A DNA stretch of 64,000 bases, taken from IMG/VR virus record IMGVR_UViG_3300019360_000001; one strand, written 5' to 3'. Each line of letters opens with the position of its first letter. The first letter of the stretch is position 1. The translations under genes and the position numbers were made by a program. Below, piece by piece: positions 49,053 to 59,787 of this stretch. The stretch is from a virus. A model generated the notes under the pieces. The model was not told the DNA's origin and did no database searches. It was given only the letters and a program-made list of their open reading frames with translations.

Positions 49053-50324
49053 ATGAATAACCGCATAATTTACTCGTGTGCCCAACTTTCATTTAAGGAT
49101 TCACGAGCTGATCCTACTAGCAGAATAATGAGTTCAAATCTAAATCCAGATGCCACATTAGCGTCTGGTATTGGACCGGCTACTGGTATTATTCAATTTA
49201 ACGAAAGCCGTTCAGGGCAATGGCCAGCTGCTGGAATGATCAGAATTAAGACTGGTGCAAACCTTTTTGAATATATTAGATATGGGACTTTTCTTGCTGC
49301 TAATAGAATTGGTGCTCTTACAAGAGGCGCCGTTACTACAACTGCACAATCACATTCTTCGGGAAACATAGCCCAGCTTTTGGGATGGGAAGTTCCTTTT
49401 GGGGTACAGTCTGTTTCAATAGGCACAACCTTTAACCTTGAAGACGTTTTCCATTTAGGGCAACTTGATGCATACGAAAACCGTGAAGGATTGCCAGAAA
49501 TTGAAATTACAACAGAACGAGTCTTTGATGGAACTAAACCAATTTGGCTAATGGCAACGGACCCAGAATTTACTTCTCTTAAAGGTAAGACAGCGAAATA
49601 TAAAACAGATGTTGCTTTAAATATTTATCCTGACACACAAGATAGTTCTTTTGGAACGCCAGACAGTACTTGTATAGGATCAGGAATGGTTGTTTCTTCT
49701 TATAGCATTTCTCTTCCAACAGACGGTAACTTTACTGAAACATTAACACTTGTTGGCAACGATAAGTTCTGGGGTTCACAAGAAGGTATTCCTTCTGGAA
49801 TATTCCCTAATTCGAGTTCTTATGATGCCGAGATAATTGGATCAGGAATCGAAAGAACAGAGGACTTCGACGAAGCAAACTCTACGCTTCCTGGAGATCT
49901 TCCTGCTGGCGATCATATTCAGTCTATCGAAGTTTCAGTAGATATTACAAGAGAAGATATCTTTGAACTAGGAACAAAAACGCCTTTCTTCCGTTCTGTG
50001 TCTTTCCCAATTTCTGTTACTTCAACGTTTGAAACTATTTCTGACAAGGGAGATTTGGTTGATGCAATTGGAGATGGTAGAAAGAACTTAGTGAATCGTA
50101 CAATTCTATTGCGCACAGATGGCGGAATGGTAATTGATCTTGGAACAAAAAATAAATTAAATAGCGTAACATTTGAAGGATTCGATGCAGGAGGGGGCAA
50201 CGGAACAGTGACTATGGAATATAGTAATTCTAACTTCCTTACAGTCACACATGAGTTCTTTAGCGCAACTGCGTATAGAACAAATTATGCTTTGCCAAAT
50301 TTCCCAGAAATTCAGCCGTCATAA
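49053..50324 (+). CDS. major tail (tube) protein
   Basis: GVQSVSI.TTFNLE.VF.LGQL; repeated IQSIEVS...REDIFELG; GGAGG SD; terminator after. Confidence 0.75.
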   Translation: MNNRIIYSCAQLSFKDSRADPTSRIMSSNLNPDATLASGIGPATGIIQFNESRSGQWPAAGMIRIKTGANLFEYIRYGTFLAANRIGALTRGAVTTTAQSHSSGNIAQLLGWEVPFGVQSVSIGTTFNLEDVFHLGQLDAYENREGLPEIEITTERVFDGTKPIWLMATDPEFTSLKGKTAKYKTDVALNIYPDTQDSSFGTPDSTCIGSGMVVSSYSISLPTDGNFTETLTLVGNDKFWGSQEGIPSGIFPNSSSYDAEIIGSGIERTEDFDEANSTLPGDLPAGDHIQSIEVSVDITREDIFELGTKTPFFRSVSFPISVTSTFETISDKGDLVDAIGDGRKNLVNRTILLRTDGGMVIDLGTKNKLNSVTFEGFDAGGGNGTVTMEYSNSNFLTVTHEFFSATAYRTNYALPNFPEIQPS

Positions 50325-50350
50325 GGGCTTATATAAAAGTATTCAATATA

Positions 50351-50385
50351 TCTGGGGAGGCTTTATTGCTTCCCCAGATTTTTTT
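50351..50385 (+). terminator. intrinsic terminator
   Basis: TCTGGGGAGGC-TTTATT-GCTTCCCCAGA + T7. Confidence 0.85.
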
Positions 50386-50399
50386 TATAAAAGGAAAGG

Positions 50400-50473
50400 G
50401 TGGCGATTGAAAGGTAACAATTATATATGCTCTTTTGGATCCTGATACATTAGAAATCAGATATGTAGTATAG
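50400..50473 (+). pseudogene. GIY-YIG endonuclease relic
   Basis: KVTIIYALLDPDTLEIRYVV* matches the IY.L.DP....IRYVG N-terminus; out of frame with GTG 50400. Confidence 0.6.
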
Positions 50474-50495
50474 TATTTATATATTAAGGCAAGGA

Positions 50496-51518
50496 ATGGA
50501 TAATCAAAGGATTATGGAAATTGTTCTCTGGGGCAAATCCTATGCCCAAGTAGCCAATCAATCTGGCGAAATCTTGTCATTTATTCTTCGTTCTTTATCA
50601 ATCAAAGAGGCTAATTTTATTAATTTTGTCTATGATAAAGAGCTTAACAAGTCTTTAAAAGAAGGTATATTGTCAAAAGAGCAGTTAAAACTTTTATTTG
50701 AAGCCAATAATGTTTGGACAGGGAAAAAAGATAATGAAATAGAAGAGCTTGGCAATAAAATTAAGGTTTTAAAAAGACAAATAGCAGACTCAGCATATAT
50801 AGCCAGCAAGAAGAAAAAGGCAGAGAAAGAATTAAAACAAACAGAAAGCAAAATTATTGAATTAAAAGAAGAAAAGGCCTCTTTGTTTAATTGCTCTGCT
50901 GAGTCTAGATCAGAAGAAATAATGCGCCGATATATGATCATGATGGCTGCCGAAAATATAAGAGAACAGCCATATTGGAAAAGCGAGGCAGAATTTTTGG
51001 CTGAATATGATTTTGTCCTTGTTTACAATTTAGCATTAGCATATTATAATAACAATATGTTTGATGAAAAGACTATTAGAAAAGTAGCTAGAAGTCCTGC
51101 TTGGCGAGTTAAATGGATTGCTTCTAAAAATGGGACTAACTTGTTTGGCAAATCAATAGCAGAATGGTCAGAAATGCAGAATTATATAGTTTATTGGTCG
51201 CAGTTTTATGATTTCGTGTACGAAAGCCTAGAGAAACCACCAGATGTCGTAATAGAAGACGATATTGCTTGTGACGAATGGGTAAAAAGCCAAAATAAAG
51301 GCAATAAGCAAAACGTTAAAAATACTAAAAAAGTTGGTGCAAAAAACTCGCATCAAGAACACTTTATAATGGTAGAAAAGGGAGACAAAGACTCTACTAA
51401 AAAGATACAAGAAATGAATAGCGCCGTTGTTAGGGCTAGATTAAAAAAAGAGCATGAAATTATAAAACAAAAGGGCAAAATAAAAGAGTGGGACCTTCGT
51501 AAGGATCAGTATATATAG
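50496..51518 (+). CDS. putative tail assembly chaperone (long paralog)
   Basis: Between tube and TMP; paralog of 51832..52479. Confidence 0.55.
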   Translation: MDNQRIMEIVLWGKSYAQVANQSGEILSFILRSLSIKEANFINFVYDKELNKSLKEGILSKEQLKLLFEANNVWTGKKDNEIEELGNKIKVLKRQIADSAYIASKKKKAEKELKQTESKIIELKEEKASLFNCSAESRSEEIMRRYMIMMAAENIREQPYWKSEAEFLAEYDFVLVYNLALAYYNNNMFDEKTIRKVARSPAWRVKWIASKNGTNLFGKSIAEWSEMQNYIVYWSQFYDFVYESLEKPPDVVIEDDIACDEWVKSQNKGNKQNVKNTKKVGAKNSHQEHFIMVEKGDKDSTKKIQEMNSAVVRARLKKEHEIIKQKGKIKEWDLRKDQYI

Positions 51519-51530
51519 GAAAGGATAATA

Positions 51531-51860
51531 ATGGCAAAAATTAACAAAATAGTAAAAAGAACAGATAGCTATTCTTTGACCTCAGAAGCTAGACTAAAAG
51601 AAATTATTGAGGCAAATATTAAAAAGGTTTATGTTGGTGCACTCAAATGTATTGAGATGAGATTTGGAGATGACTTTGAGGGATTTGATCAAATAAGACG
51701 AGAAATACTAAGAAACGGAAACGATGCAGTAAGGAATATATCTGATTTAATATCTTCTCGTTTCAATGTAGAAATAGTTCCAGATGTGGTTACGGTTAAT
51801 TTTACCAATATAGGAAAGGAAGTAGTTACAAATGAAGAAGGGCAAAGTTTTCAAGGTTAA
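51531..51860 (+). CDS. hypothetical protein
   Basis: AAGGA SD. Confidence 0.7.
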   Translation: MAKINKIVKRTDSYSLTSEARLKEIIEANIKKVYVGALKCIEMRFGDDFEGFDQIRREILRNGNDAVRNISDLISSRFNVEIVPDVVTVNFTNIGKEVVTNEEGQSFQG

Positions 51861-52479
51861 GGTAGAAGACAAAGAAATAGAACTTTGTTTTAGGGGTCCA
51901 ACACAAGAAGAACTTCTAGCAATAGACTTAGAATACCGAAAAATATTTTCTCATTGTCTCAGAGAAGGAGTTGCTTGCGAAGCAGAGACAAAAAAAATAG
52001 TACATAAAAACAATGTCTGGACAAAAGATGATGAAGATAGCATAGGCAAAACTTCAGTAGAAATTGGCCTGCTAGAAAATATAGCAGAAGATTATTTGTC
52101 TGGTAAAACCCCAGAAGATGAAAAAACAGAAAAAACTTTCACTGCTTTGTCAGAAAAAAGAGCACAGCTAATGGCGTTAATAGGACAAAAAGTTGAAATA
52201 TTTTCTAAGACCGCAGAGGGGCTAGCCAATGAACAGAAAATGCATAAATTTGTTCAATTTTGCTGTATTAAAAATGACAATTCAAGATTCTTTAATAGCC
52301 ATGAAGAGTATGTTAATTTTGCCAGGGAAAATCCAGATGTCTTATCTGAAATATACAAGCAAAGTTATATGTATGAATACGGAAACCCATTGGAGTCGAT
52401 GGAAAATTGGACAGAGGTTAAATGGGTCAAGAAAAAGCTAGAGCAAGCAGAAAAACAAACACAAGAAGTTAAAGTATAA
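51832..52479 (+). CDS. putative tail assembly chaperone (short paralog)
   Basis: Immediately before TMP; EG....E.......NNVWT shared with 50496. Confidence 0.55.
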   Translation: MKKGKVFKVKVEDKEIELCFRGPTQEELLAIDLEYRKIFSHCLREGVACEAETKKIVHKNNVWTKDDEDSIGKTSVEIGLLENIAEDYLSGKTPEDEKTEKTFTALSEKRAQLMALIGQKVEIFSKTAEGLANEQKMHKFVQFCCIKNDNSRFFNSHEEYVNFARENPDVLSEIYKQSYMYEYGNPLESMENWTEVKWVKKKLEQAEKQTQEVKV

Positions 52480-52491
52480 GGAATTTATTTA

Positions 52492-55400
52492 ATGCCAAGA
52501 GATTTAATTATACAGGCTGGGATTCAGTTTAATCCCAAAGATGTAGATACTCGTGCCATTAGAGATGCTATAACCAAAACTTTAGCAAATACCCAACTTA
52601 GTTTAAGTAAGGTAAGATTCTCTTCTGATGTAAGACGTACATTACAAGATTCTTTTAGTAAGATAACATTTTCTATAGACAAAGCCTCTATTGGCTCTAG
52701 CGCCAGAGCCAAGTTACAAGAAAATTTTGGCGCTATACATTTCGTTGTACAAAATGCTAGATTTGGTGCCCAAGCAATTGCCGGGCTAAAAGGATCTCTT
52801 AGTAATATACAAGTTTCTCTTAATCAAGTTAGATTAGCAGGAGGAGCACAAAAAGCAGTACAAAGTGCTGCCGCAGGTACAGCAGGCCCTTCGCCAATAA
52901 CAGCAAATGCTACAAATGCATTAGCTGCGGCATCAAAAACCGCTTCACAAAGATTCAAAGATCAAAATGTAAAACTGTTAGATATTGTAAATAATACAAC
53001 TGCTGCCGATAGGGCAACGCAAAACTATTTACGATCTATTATTCAAACGGCTGGTAGCGCCGAAACGTTCGGACAAAAAATTGGCCAGATTACTACAAGA
53101 TTTTCGGCCTATATTATTGCTCTAAAAGCAGTATTACTTGCACAAGAAGCATTTAATTCTTCATTAAAATTTATATTCGATTTTGATGCTGCTTTACAAG
53201 ACCTACAAAAGGTTATTAATACTACTCCAGCAGGACTAGAATCAATTTCTGCCTCCTTGTTCAATATAGCAAATAATACTGGAAAGTCTGTAACAGCAGC
53301 AGCTGCCGCATTGAACGAATTTTTTAGGGCTGGTCTTGGTACAGAAGAAGCATTAAAAAGAACAGAAGCAGCTCTTGTTGGAGTTAACGTTACTGGTCTT
53401 AGCGTAGAAGAAAGTACTAAACTTATAACTAGCGCATTAACTGTTTTCAAAGATGAGTTAAAAGATGGTATTAGTGTTATTGATTTGTTAACCGTTGCCG
53501 ATGTAAAGGCTGCTGCAAGCGCCCAAGAAATTGCTAGGGGTATATTAAGATCTGGTGCCGCTGCTGAGTCTGTAGGCGTATCATTCAAAGAACTTAATGC
53601 GGTAACAGCAGCCACAATTGAAGCAACACAACTTAGCGGATCTACTATTGGTGCAGCATTAAAAACTATCTTTGCTAATTTAGCAGGGAATTCACAACAA
53701 CTAAGGGAACAGGCAAATGCTTTTGGTGCCAATATTAATGCAGGCGATAGTTTTTTTGAAATACTTAAAAAGCTTTCTATTATATTTCCAAGATTAGGGA
53801 CTGAACAAATTGCAGTACTCAATCAACTTTTGGCTGGCAAAAGAAGATTTACCGAACTAACTGGTTTGCTTGGAAACTTTGGTAAAGCCTTACAAATTGT
53901 TGAGGCAGAAAATACAGCGACAGGGACAGCTCTTGAAAGAAATAATATAGAGCTACAAAAACTTAGTACCCAAACACAATTGACAGCCACTGCATTTCAA
54001 GAACTTATTGCCAACGTAACAGGAATTGGCAGAGGAGAAGAAGGAATAGGATCAATTAGAGACCTTCTTAAATCTGCCTTGGGTGTTGCTCGTGATTTGG
54101 CCACTGCATTAAATTTTGTAATCACTACCATTAAAGGCGCTCAGGGAGATGTATTTTCTCTTGATTCTGCATTTAAGGCCTTAATTAAGGCGGCAATTTT
54201 TACTAAGGGTATTGACATTATAAAGGGTATTATTGTAGGCTTCAAGTCTTTTATCTTTCAAAGTAATTCATTAACTTTAAGTTTAAATCAAAATACAAAA
54301 GCACTGCTTCAGCAAAATTCTGCTATTACTCAACAAGTGAGCGCAACAGCTGGTGTTGTTCAACAGCAAAGAGCTGCCTTAGCAATAGAACAAAGACGAC
54401 TTGCGATAGAAAAAGAAATAGCAGGTTTACAAGTAAAGGGCGGCGGAGCTAGTCGTCAATCTTCTGCTGGTAATGCGGCAAAAGGTTTAGTTGATTCTGT
54501 TAAGCCTGTTTTGGCCGGTGCTTTATTGATCGGAGCACAAGAATCAGCAGATGCATTAAAGAAATTGGCAAAACAAGCAGAAGAAGTAAATGGATTCGCA
54601 AGCAAACTAGAGTCAAGTTTAGAATTTGCTGCGGCTAATGGCATAGAACTTGGAGCAACATTTGCATTAATGTTTGGTGTATCAAAAGGCCTAATTGCTG
54701 GTCTTGCGTCTGCTAGTTTTTCTATATTAAACTTTGCATTGGGAGCAGAAGCATCTGCGCAAAAATTTCTAAAGGATACAGAAAAAATTAGTGCCAGAAC
54801 ACTAAAACTATCTGATGCGCAAGAGCTATTTGGCGAAAGATTTGGAAGGTCTGCATTACAAGCTGTTACTGGACTTGAAAAAGTTGGTAATAGCGCAGCT
54901 GGATTTGGCACTATTCTTGAGAGAGTTTTTACGCAGCAAGCAGATGCAAGCGATAACTTACAAGATCAATCTATTAAATTGGCACAAGCATTAGAAAAAG
55001 TAAGAGGCGAAGTGCTTGGAGGTATAAGAGCTGCTGACATAAAGAAACAATTTGAAGATACTGCTAAGGGATTTAGAGAAAGATCGGCCGCAATAGATCT
55101 TAAGATAAAGTTTGGTGATTTAGGGTCAGAATTTGCCCCTGTTACAAAATTAATATCAGAAACTAAGGCATCTTTACAAGAGTTCGTAGATCCAATAAAA
55201 ACATCTCAGGACTTATTTAATGGTATAGCCAAAGCAAATAAGGTTGTGCAAGAGCTAACGGCCGGAACAACCAGAGAAACTTCTAAAATTCTTCAAGATA
55301 ACGGACTTGTAAGCGAAAGATTAGGCGAAATAATAACACAACAAGAAAGATTAAATAAACTAGCCGAAGCCAGCAATAAAGAATTCCAAGAGGCATTTGA

Positions 55401-58188
55401 TTCTAGGCTTAAACTTAGAGATACATTAGATGCAGAGAAATCTAAGCTAGAGGGTTTGCTTGCACAGGCCAAATCTCAAAAAGCAGAAGACTTAGAAATA
55501 CAAAACATTCAAAGGCAGCTATCAGATGTAACTCAAAAAAGAGAATCATTGGAAAAAGCTGTTTCTTCTGCAAAACAATCGCAAAAATCAATTGAAGAGG
55601 AAATAGTAAAACTTGAACAAAAAGCAAGCGAAATTGCAACAGAAGACCTAAAAAAGATAACGGATATAGCCAAGGCTAGACAAAGTATTGCATCAGAAAC
55701 ACAATTAATTACTCAAGGCATTATAGCAGAAAGTGCGGAATTTAGTAGACAAGTTAAATTGCTAGAAGCACAAGCCGCAAGAAGAACCGAAATAAGTAGA
55801 CTAACTATATTAGGTGGTACACTAGCAACTAGAGCTATAGTCGAAGAAACTGCTTCCAGGCTTCAATCAGAAGAAGAAATAGGAAAACTTAGAGAAATTC
55901 AACAAAAGAGAATAAAGTTTCTTATTGCCGAGGAAACAGCAGCTAGAGCCGCAAAAGATAACGCCGAGGCAGACAGAATAAAGAAAGTAAGAGAAGAGTT
56001 TGAAAAAGCATCATCTCAACGTATTAAAGAAGTTTCTCAAGAATTTAACATTAAACTTAAAGCTACACTAGATGATAAAGCAGTAGAAAATATTAAACGT
56101 ATTGAAGATTCTTTACAACAATTTAGACTTAACACTATAGAAAGAGTTATTGAGGCAGAAAAGCAAGCAGCGCAAAAAAGAATTGATGCAGTTAAACAAA
56201 TAGGCGAAACTACTGCTGGTAAAGAATTTTTACAAAGACAATTCAAGCCTGCTCCCGAAGATGTTAGAACTTTTGGTTTTGTTGGATCAATTATTGCAGA
56301 AAATCTTGAGCAAGGTACTGATACTGCTGTTAAAGGAATGTTGCAAAAACTTGACCAACTTAGAGTTGGCGGTTTAAATTCATTTGAAGATTTGCGTTCT
56401 GCAACTGAAAAACAAAAAGAAGCTGCCGCTGAATTAGATGGACTTGTAAGAAGAGGCGCAAATGCTACTAAGATACAAGAGGCAAAAACTAAACTAGAAC
56501 AAGCTAATGCCACAGTTTTAAAATTAGCAAACAGTGGAGCAGATGCCTTTGAGATACTTGCTGCCACACAACAAAATCAATTAGATTTAATAAGACTAAA
56601 TGAAGAAGAAGTTGGGGCAAAAAGACAACTTATATTAGATAATCTAAAAGCGTCTTCAGAAAGAGTAAATGCGGCAGAGCAATCTCTTGTCGAAGCAAGA
56701 AATAAGATTCCTCCATTAAATGCACAAGTGATTGAATCAGAAAAAGAAGTCGCCGCAGCCAATGCAGAGGTATCAGTCGCAAGTCAAGAATTGCAAAAGG
56801 CTTATCAAGCAGTTGCAGATGCTCAGTTTAAATTGAACTCTGAGATAGCAATTGCAGAGTTTAGAGCAAAACAAGCAACCGGATCTTTTCATGGTACTGG
56901 CGAGCAAATAGCATTCTTACAAAATACTTTATTTCAGTTAAATACATCTATTAAGGCTTCAGCGGAAACTATACTAGAAGTTAGGCGCCAAATACTGCAA
57001 GAAGAGCTAAATCTATTACAAGGACAATTTAATACCGTTAAGAGTCTAGCATTAGAAGCAGCAACAGGAGGTCCTGAAGTAGCCGCAAGAATTACACAAC
57101 AAATTGCAGCGGCACAAGAAATTTCACGAGGAGCAAGTATAAGTGAATTTTCGCCAGACTTAATTCAGGGTATAGAAAGATTATTCGGAGTAATTGATGG
57201 ACTAGAACAAGCTGTAACAGAACAAGGTCTTGCTTCTCTTGGGTTATCTGAAAATACTCTTGACAATATGGGAGTTAGTATTGTTGAACTTAGCAAACAA
57301 ATAGCAGAAACTGGTAAAACACAAGTTGATCAAGCAGTTGAACAGGTTAGATTGGCTCAAGAAAACTTGCTAAAAGCAGAAGAGCAAAAAATCATAGCAC
57401 AACAACAATTAGAACTAACTAGAGGCAACAGAGAAATTGCACTAAGAGGAGTTTCTGCTAGTTCTGAAAGTCTTGGTATTTTGCGCTTTGGATTTAGAGA
57501 TACTCTTAATAATAGCATTAAACAATTAAGTAGACTAGAAGATTTAAGAGAAACTATTAATAATGCACAAGATGCCAACATTAAAGTTTTACAAGAATCT
57601 GTTAACCAAATAACAGAGTTAAAGGCTATTTCTGAAAAGCAATTAGGAGTTTTAAGCTCTATTTCACGATTAAGTGTTCCAACTACCGGTGGTGGAGTAA
57701 CTACTGCTGCTGGAGGTACACTTTCCGCCTTTGAATTCTTTGGCTTGTTAAAAGCTGCCAGAAAAGAAAAGAGAGGAATGCCATCAGGATCTAGATTAAT
57801 GTTGGCCAATACATCCGAGGTTGTGTTCACGAAGAAACAGGCAAAAATGCTTGGATTTGCAGGAAGACCAATGGCAAATGCACAAACTGGAAATGCAGAA
57901 GTTGTTGGCGGAGGACAAACTGAGGCACTAACAACTGCTTTGAATACTTTAATGAATAAACTAAATAACCCGGGTTTTATTAATCAAAATATTAGTGTTC
58001 AATTAGACCAACAAAGAAGAATAGATGTTAGTGGACTTGAAGGTATAGAATCTGCCGTTAAAAATGCATTTGAGCAAAGAATGCGAACAACTGCATCTAA
58101 AGATGAGCAAACGGCAATTGCTGACGTAGTTTCATCTATAGTCGGTAGGCTATCAGAATTAGGAATTGTAAATTCTCAAGGAAGCTAA
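52492..58188 (+). CDS. tail tape measure protein
   Basis: 1898 aa, Ala/Gln/Glu-rich helical, TP901-type core (SGSTIGAALKTIF). Confidence 0.92.
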   Translation: MPRDLIIQAGIQFNPKDVDTRAIRDAITKTLANTQLSLSKVRFSSDVRRTLQDSFSKITFSIDKASIGSSARAKLQENFGAIHFVVQNARFGAQAIAGLKGSLSNIQVSLNQVRLAGGAQKAVQSAAAGTAGPSPITANATNALAAASKTASQRFKDQNVKLLDIVNNTTAADRATQNYLRSIIQTAGSAETFGQKIGQITTRFSAYIIALKAVLLAQEAFNSSLKFIFDFDAALQDLQKVINTTPAGLESISASLFNIANNTGKSVTAAAAALNEFFRAGLGTEEALKRTEAALVGVNVTGLSVEESTKLITSALTVFKDELKDGISVIDLLTVADVKAAASAQEIARGILRSGAAAESVGVSFKELNAVTAATIEATQLSGSTIGAALKTIFANLAGNSQQLREQANAFGANINAGDSFFEILKKLSIIFPRLGTEQIAVLNQLLAGKRRFTELTGLLGNFGKALQIVEAENTATGTALERNNIELQKLSTQTQLTATAFQELIANVTGIGRGEEGIGSIRDLLKSALGVARDLATALNFVITTIKGAQGDVFSLDSAFKALIKAAIFTKGIDIIKGIIVGFKSFIFQSNSLTLSLNQNTKALLQQNSAITQQVSATAGVVQQQRAALAIEQRRLAIEKEIAGLQVKGGGASRQSSAGNAAKGLVDSVKPVLAGALLIGAQESADALKKLAKQAEEVNGFASKLESSLEFAAANGIELGATFALMFGVSKGLIAGLASASFSILNFALGAEASAQKFLKDTEKISARTLKLSDAQELFGERFGRSALQAVTGLEKVGNSAAGFGTILERVFTQQADASDNLQDQSIKLAQALEKVRGEVLGGIRAADIKKQFEDTAKGFRERSAAIDLKIKFGDLGSEFAPVTKLISETKASLQEFVDPIKTSQDLFNGIAKANKVVQELTAGTTRETSKILQDNGLVSERLGEIITQQERLNKLAEASNKEFQEAFDSRLKLRDTLDAEKSKLEGLLAQAKSQKAEDLEIQNIQRQLSDVTQKRESLEKAVSSAKQSQKSIEEEIVKLEQKASEIATEDLKKITDIAKARQSIASETQLITQGIIAESAEFSRQVKLLEAQAARRTEISRLTILGGTLATRAIVEETASRLQSEEEIGKLREIQQKRIKFLIAEETAARAAKDNAEADRIKKVREEFEKASSQRIKEVSQEFNIKLKATLDDKAVENIKRIEDSLQQFRLNTIERVIEAEKQAAQKRIDAVKQIGETTAGKEFLQRQFKPAPEDVRTFGFVGSIIAENLEQGTDTAVKGMLQKLDQLRVGGLNSFEDLRSATEKQKEAAAELDGLVRRGANATKIQEAKTKLEQANATVLKLANSGADAFEILAATQQNQLDLIRLNEEEVGAKRQLILDNLKASSERVNAAEQSLVEARNKIPPLNAQVIESEKEVAAANAEVSVASQELQKAYQAVADAQFKLNSEIAIAEFRAKQATGSFHGTGEQIAFLQNTLFQLNTSIKASAETILEVRRQILQEELNLLQGQFNTVKSLALEAATGGPEVAARITQQIAAAQEISRGASISEFSPDLIQGIERLFGVIDGLEQAVTEQGLASLGLSENTLDNMGVSIVELSKQIAETGKTQVDQAVEQVRLAQENLLKAEEQKIIAQQQLELTRGNREIALRGVSASSESLGILRFGFRDTLNNSIKQLSRLEDLRETINNAQDANIKVLQESVNQITELKAISEKQLGVLSSISRLSVPTTGGGVTTAAGGTLSAFEFFGLLKAARKEKRGMPSGSRLMLANTSEVVFTKKQAKMLGFAGRPMANAQTGNAEVVGGGQTEALTTALNTLMNKLNNPGFINQNISVQLDQQRRIDVSGLEGIESAVKNAFEQRMRTTASKDEQTAIADVVSSIVGRLSELGIVNSQGS

Positions 58189-58205
58189 ATGGTAAGGTAT
58201 ATAAA

Positions 58206-58400
58206 ATGAAAATTTGCAATATAGGGTTTAATAGCGGCGATAAAAGAACATGTATTAATATAGACCATGACCATAAAACAAAAAAAGTACGTGGATTATT
58301 GTGTATGAATTGTAACTTTGGGATAGGTAGCCTAAAAGATGATATTTTGATATTGATAAATGCAGTGGATTACCTAATAGAACATGAGGAGGTACAATAA
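58206..58400 (+). pseudogene. truncated endonuclease VII-type homing endonuclease
   Basis: IDHDHKTKKVRGLLCMNCNFGIG..KDD; N-terminal part missing. Confidence 0.75.
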
Positions 58401-59771
58401 ATGTCACAGCAAGTAGGTAGCACAAAAATGTTCGTGGGCCTATATCAATTTAGGCCAGTGCCATTATTTGATGTATCTACGGAACTAATAAGAGATGATG
58501 CCAATAATCCATTGTCATTAAGACATACTTATGATTTCCAAGGCACACTATTAGAAAGGCTTCCTTCTCAAAGCGGAACTTTCCCAGATATGTACTTGCA
58601 AAAAGAGCTATTGAAAAGGGCTCTTACAGAATCTGGAGTACAAGAATTTAGAATAACTTTTGAAAATAAGGTTGTTCAAAGCGGAATATTCCCAACTGTT
58701 ACTGATGTTTCATTTGAGGCTGGGGTTTGGGTAGATAGAATAAACTATACTTTTAGCTTTACTCATGACCAAGCAATTTCTGGTCAAGCTGCTATCAATG
58801 CTTTTTCTGATGAATGGACTTTTGACGAAAATGATGATAGGCGCACCATAAATGTTAACCATTCTATTTCTGCTGTTGGCGTTAATACTTCTATCTTGCC
58901 AGCCAGCAATGCATTAGATAATGCCAGAGATTTCGTTTTGCCAAGAACTGGCTATTCAAATGTTCCGGCTGGATACCCTGTTTTCGTTGAAGGATCTGGA
59001 TCTCTTAGTGCATTTCAAGAAAAGAGAAGCGAAAATATTAATGCCCAAAATGGTACATTTAGCGTTACAGAAAGTTTTATATTGTCCTCTGGCAATTTCG
59101 TTCACACACAAACAGGACAAATAAACACGGACTCAAATGGTATTAGCACAGTTTCATTAGACGGCAATATTAAAGGTCTGGGCAGAAAAGATGCCGCTTG
59201 GTTTCATGCTCTTTCTGCACTAAATACATATGTTAAGCCTTTGTTTCCATCAGATGCGTCTGGTATTTATATTGAGCTTGGCGGAGATGCAACGCTTTTT
59301 ACATTTGCACCAGAATCAGAAAGTTTTACTAAAAATAAATATACTGGTACAATTGACTATAGCATTTCTTTTACAGATGATCCTTCTCAGAATCTACCAT
59401 CTGGGATTCAAGATTTTACAATAACAGTACAAGACGATAAACCAGTAAGACTGTTTGCTTCGTTTGCTATAATGGAAAGATCTCTTGGAAATGTTGTGCA
59501 AGACATAGGAACTAGTACTGAAGGAACCTATAGTGTAGCGGGAAATGCTATAGGTGTTAGTAGTTTTCCTTTTGCGTCTCTTATTTCTTATTGTGAAGAT
59601 CGTATAAATGATCTAAAGCCCATGAGCATTAATTACGTTAATTTACGACTAGAACAACGTAGCATAACAAAAGATGAAGACCATAATACTTTATCATTTA
59701 ATATAGTATGGAAATACACTAAAGGATTAGGTGGAATACCTTCAGCAACAGATGATATAGTTTTAGATTAA
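58401..59771 (+). CDS. putative distal tail / tail-tip hub protein
   Basis: First structural gene after TMP; beta-rich. Confidence 0.6.
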   Translation: MSQQVGSTKMFVGLYQFRPVPLFDVSTELIRDDANNPLSLRHTYDFQGTLLERLPSQSGTFPDMYLQKELLKRALTESGVQEFRITFENKVVQSGIFPTVTDVSFEAGVWVDRINYTFSFTHDQAISGQAAINAFSDEWTFDENDDRRTINVNHSISAVGVNTSILPASNALDNARDFVLPRTGYSNVPAGYPVFVEGSGSLSAFQEKRSENINAQNGTFSVTESFILSSGNFVHTQTGQINTDSNGISTVSLDGNIKGLGRKDAAWFHALSALNTYVKPLFPSDASGIYIELGGDATLFTFAPESESFTKNKYTGTIDYSISFTDDPSQNLPSGIQDFTITVQDDKPVRLFASFAIMERSLGNVVQDIGTSTEGTYSVAGNAIGVSSFPFASLISYCEDRINDLKPMSINYVNLRLEQRSITKDEDHNTLSFNIVWKYTKGLGGIPSATDDIVLD

Positions 59772-59787
59772 AAATAAGGATATTTTA

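Noticed and set aside
35760-57830. Long minus-strand ORFs opposite structural genes (e.g. 53109..53822, 56037..56567, 41522..42034)
   Set aside because: Antisense shadows caused by codon bias; no SDs or recognisable motifs.
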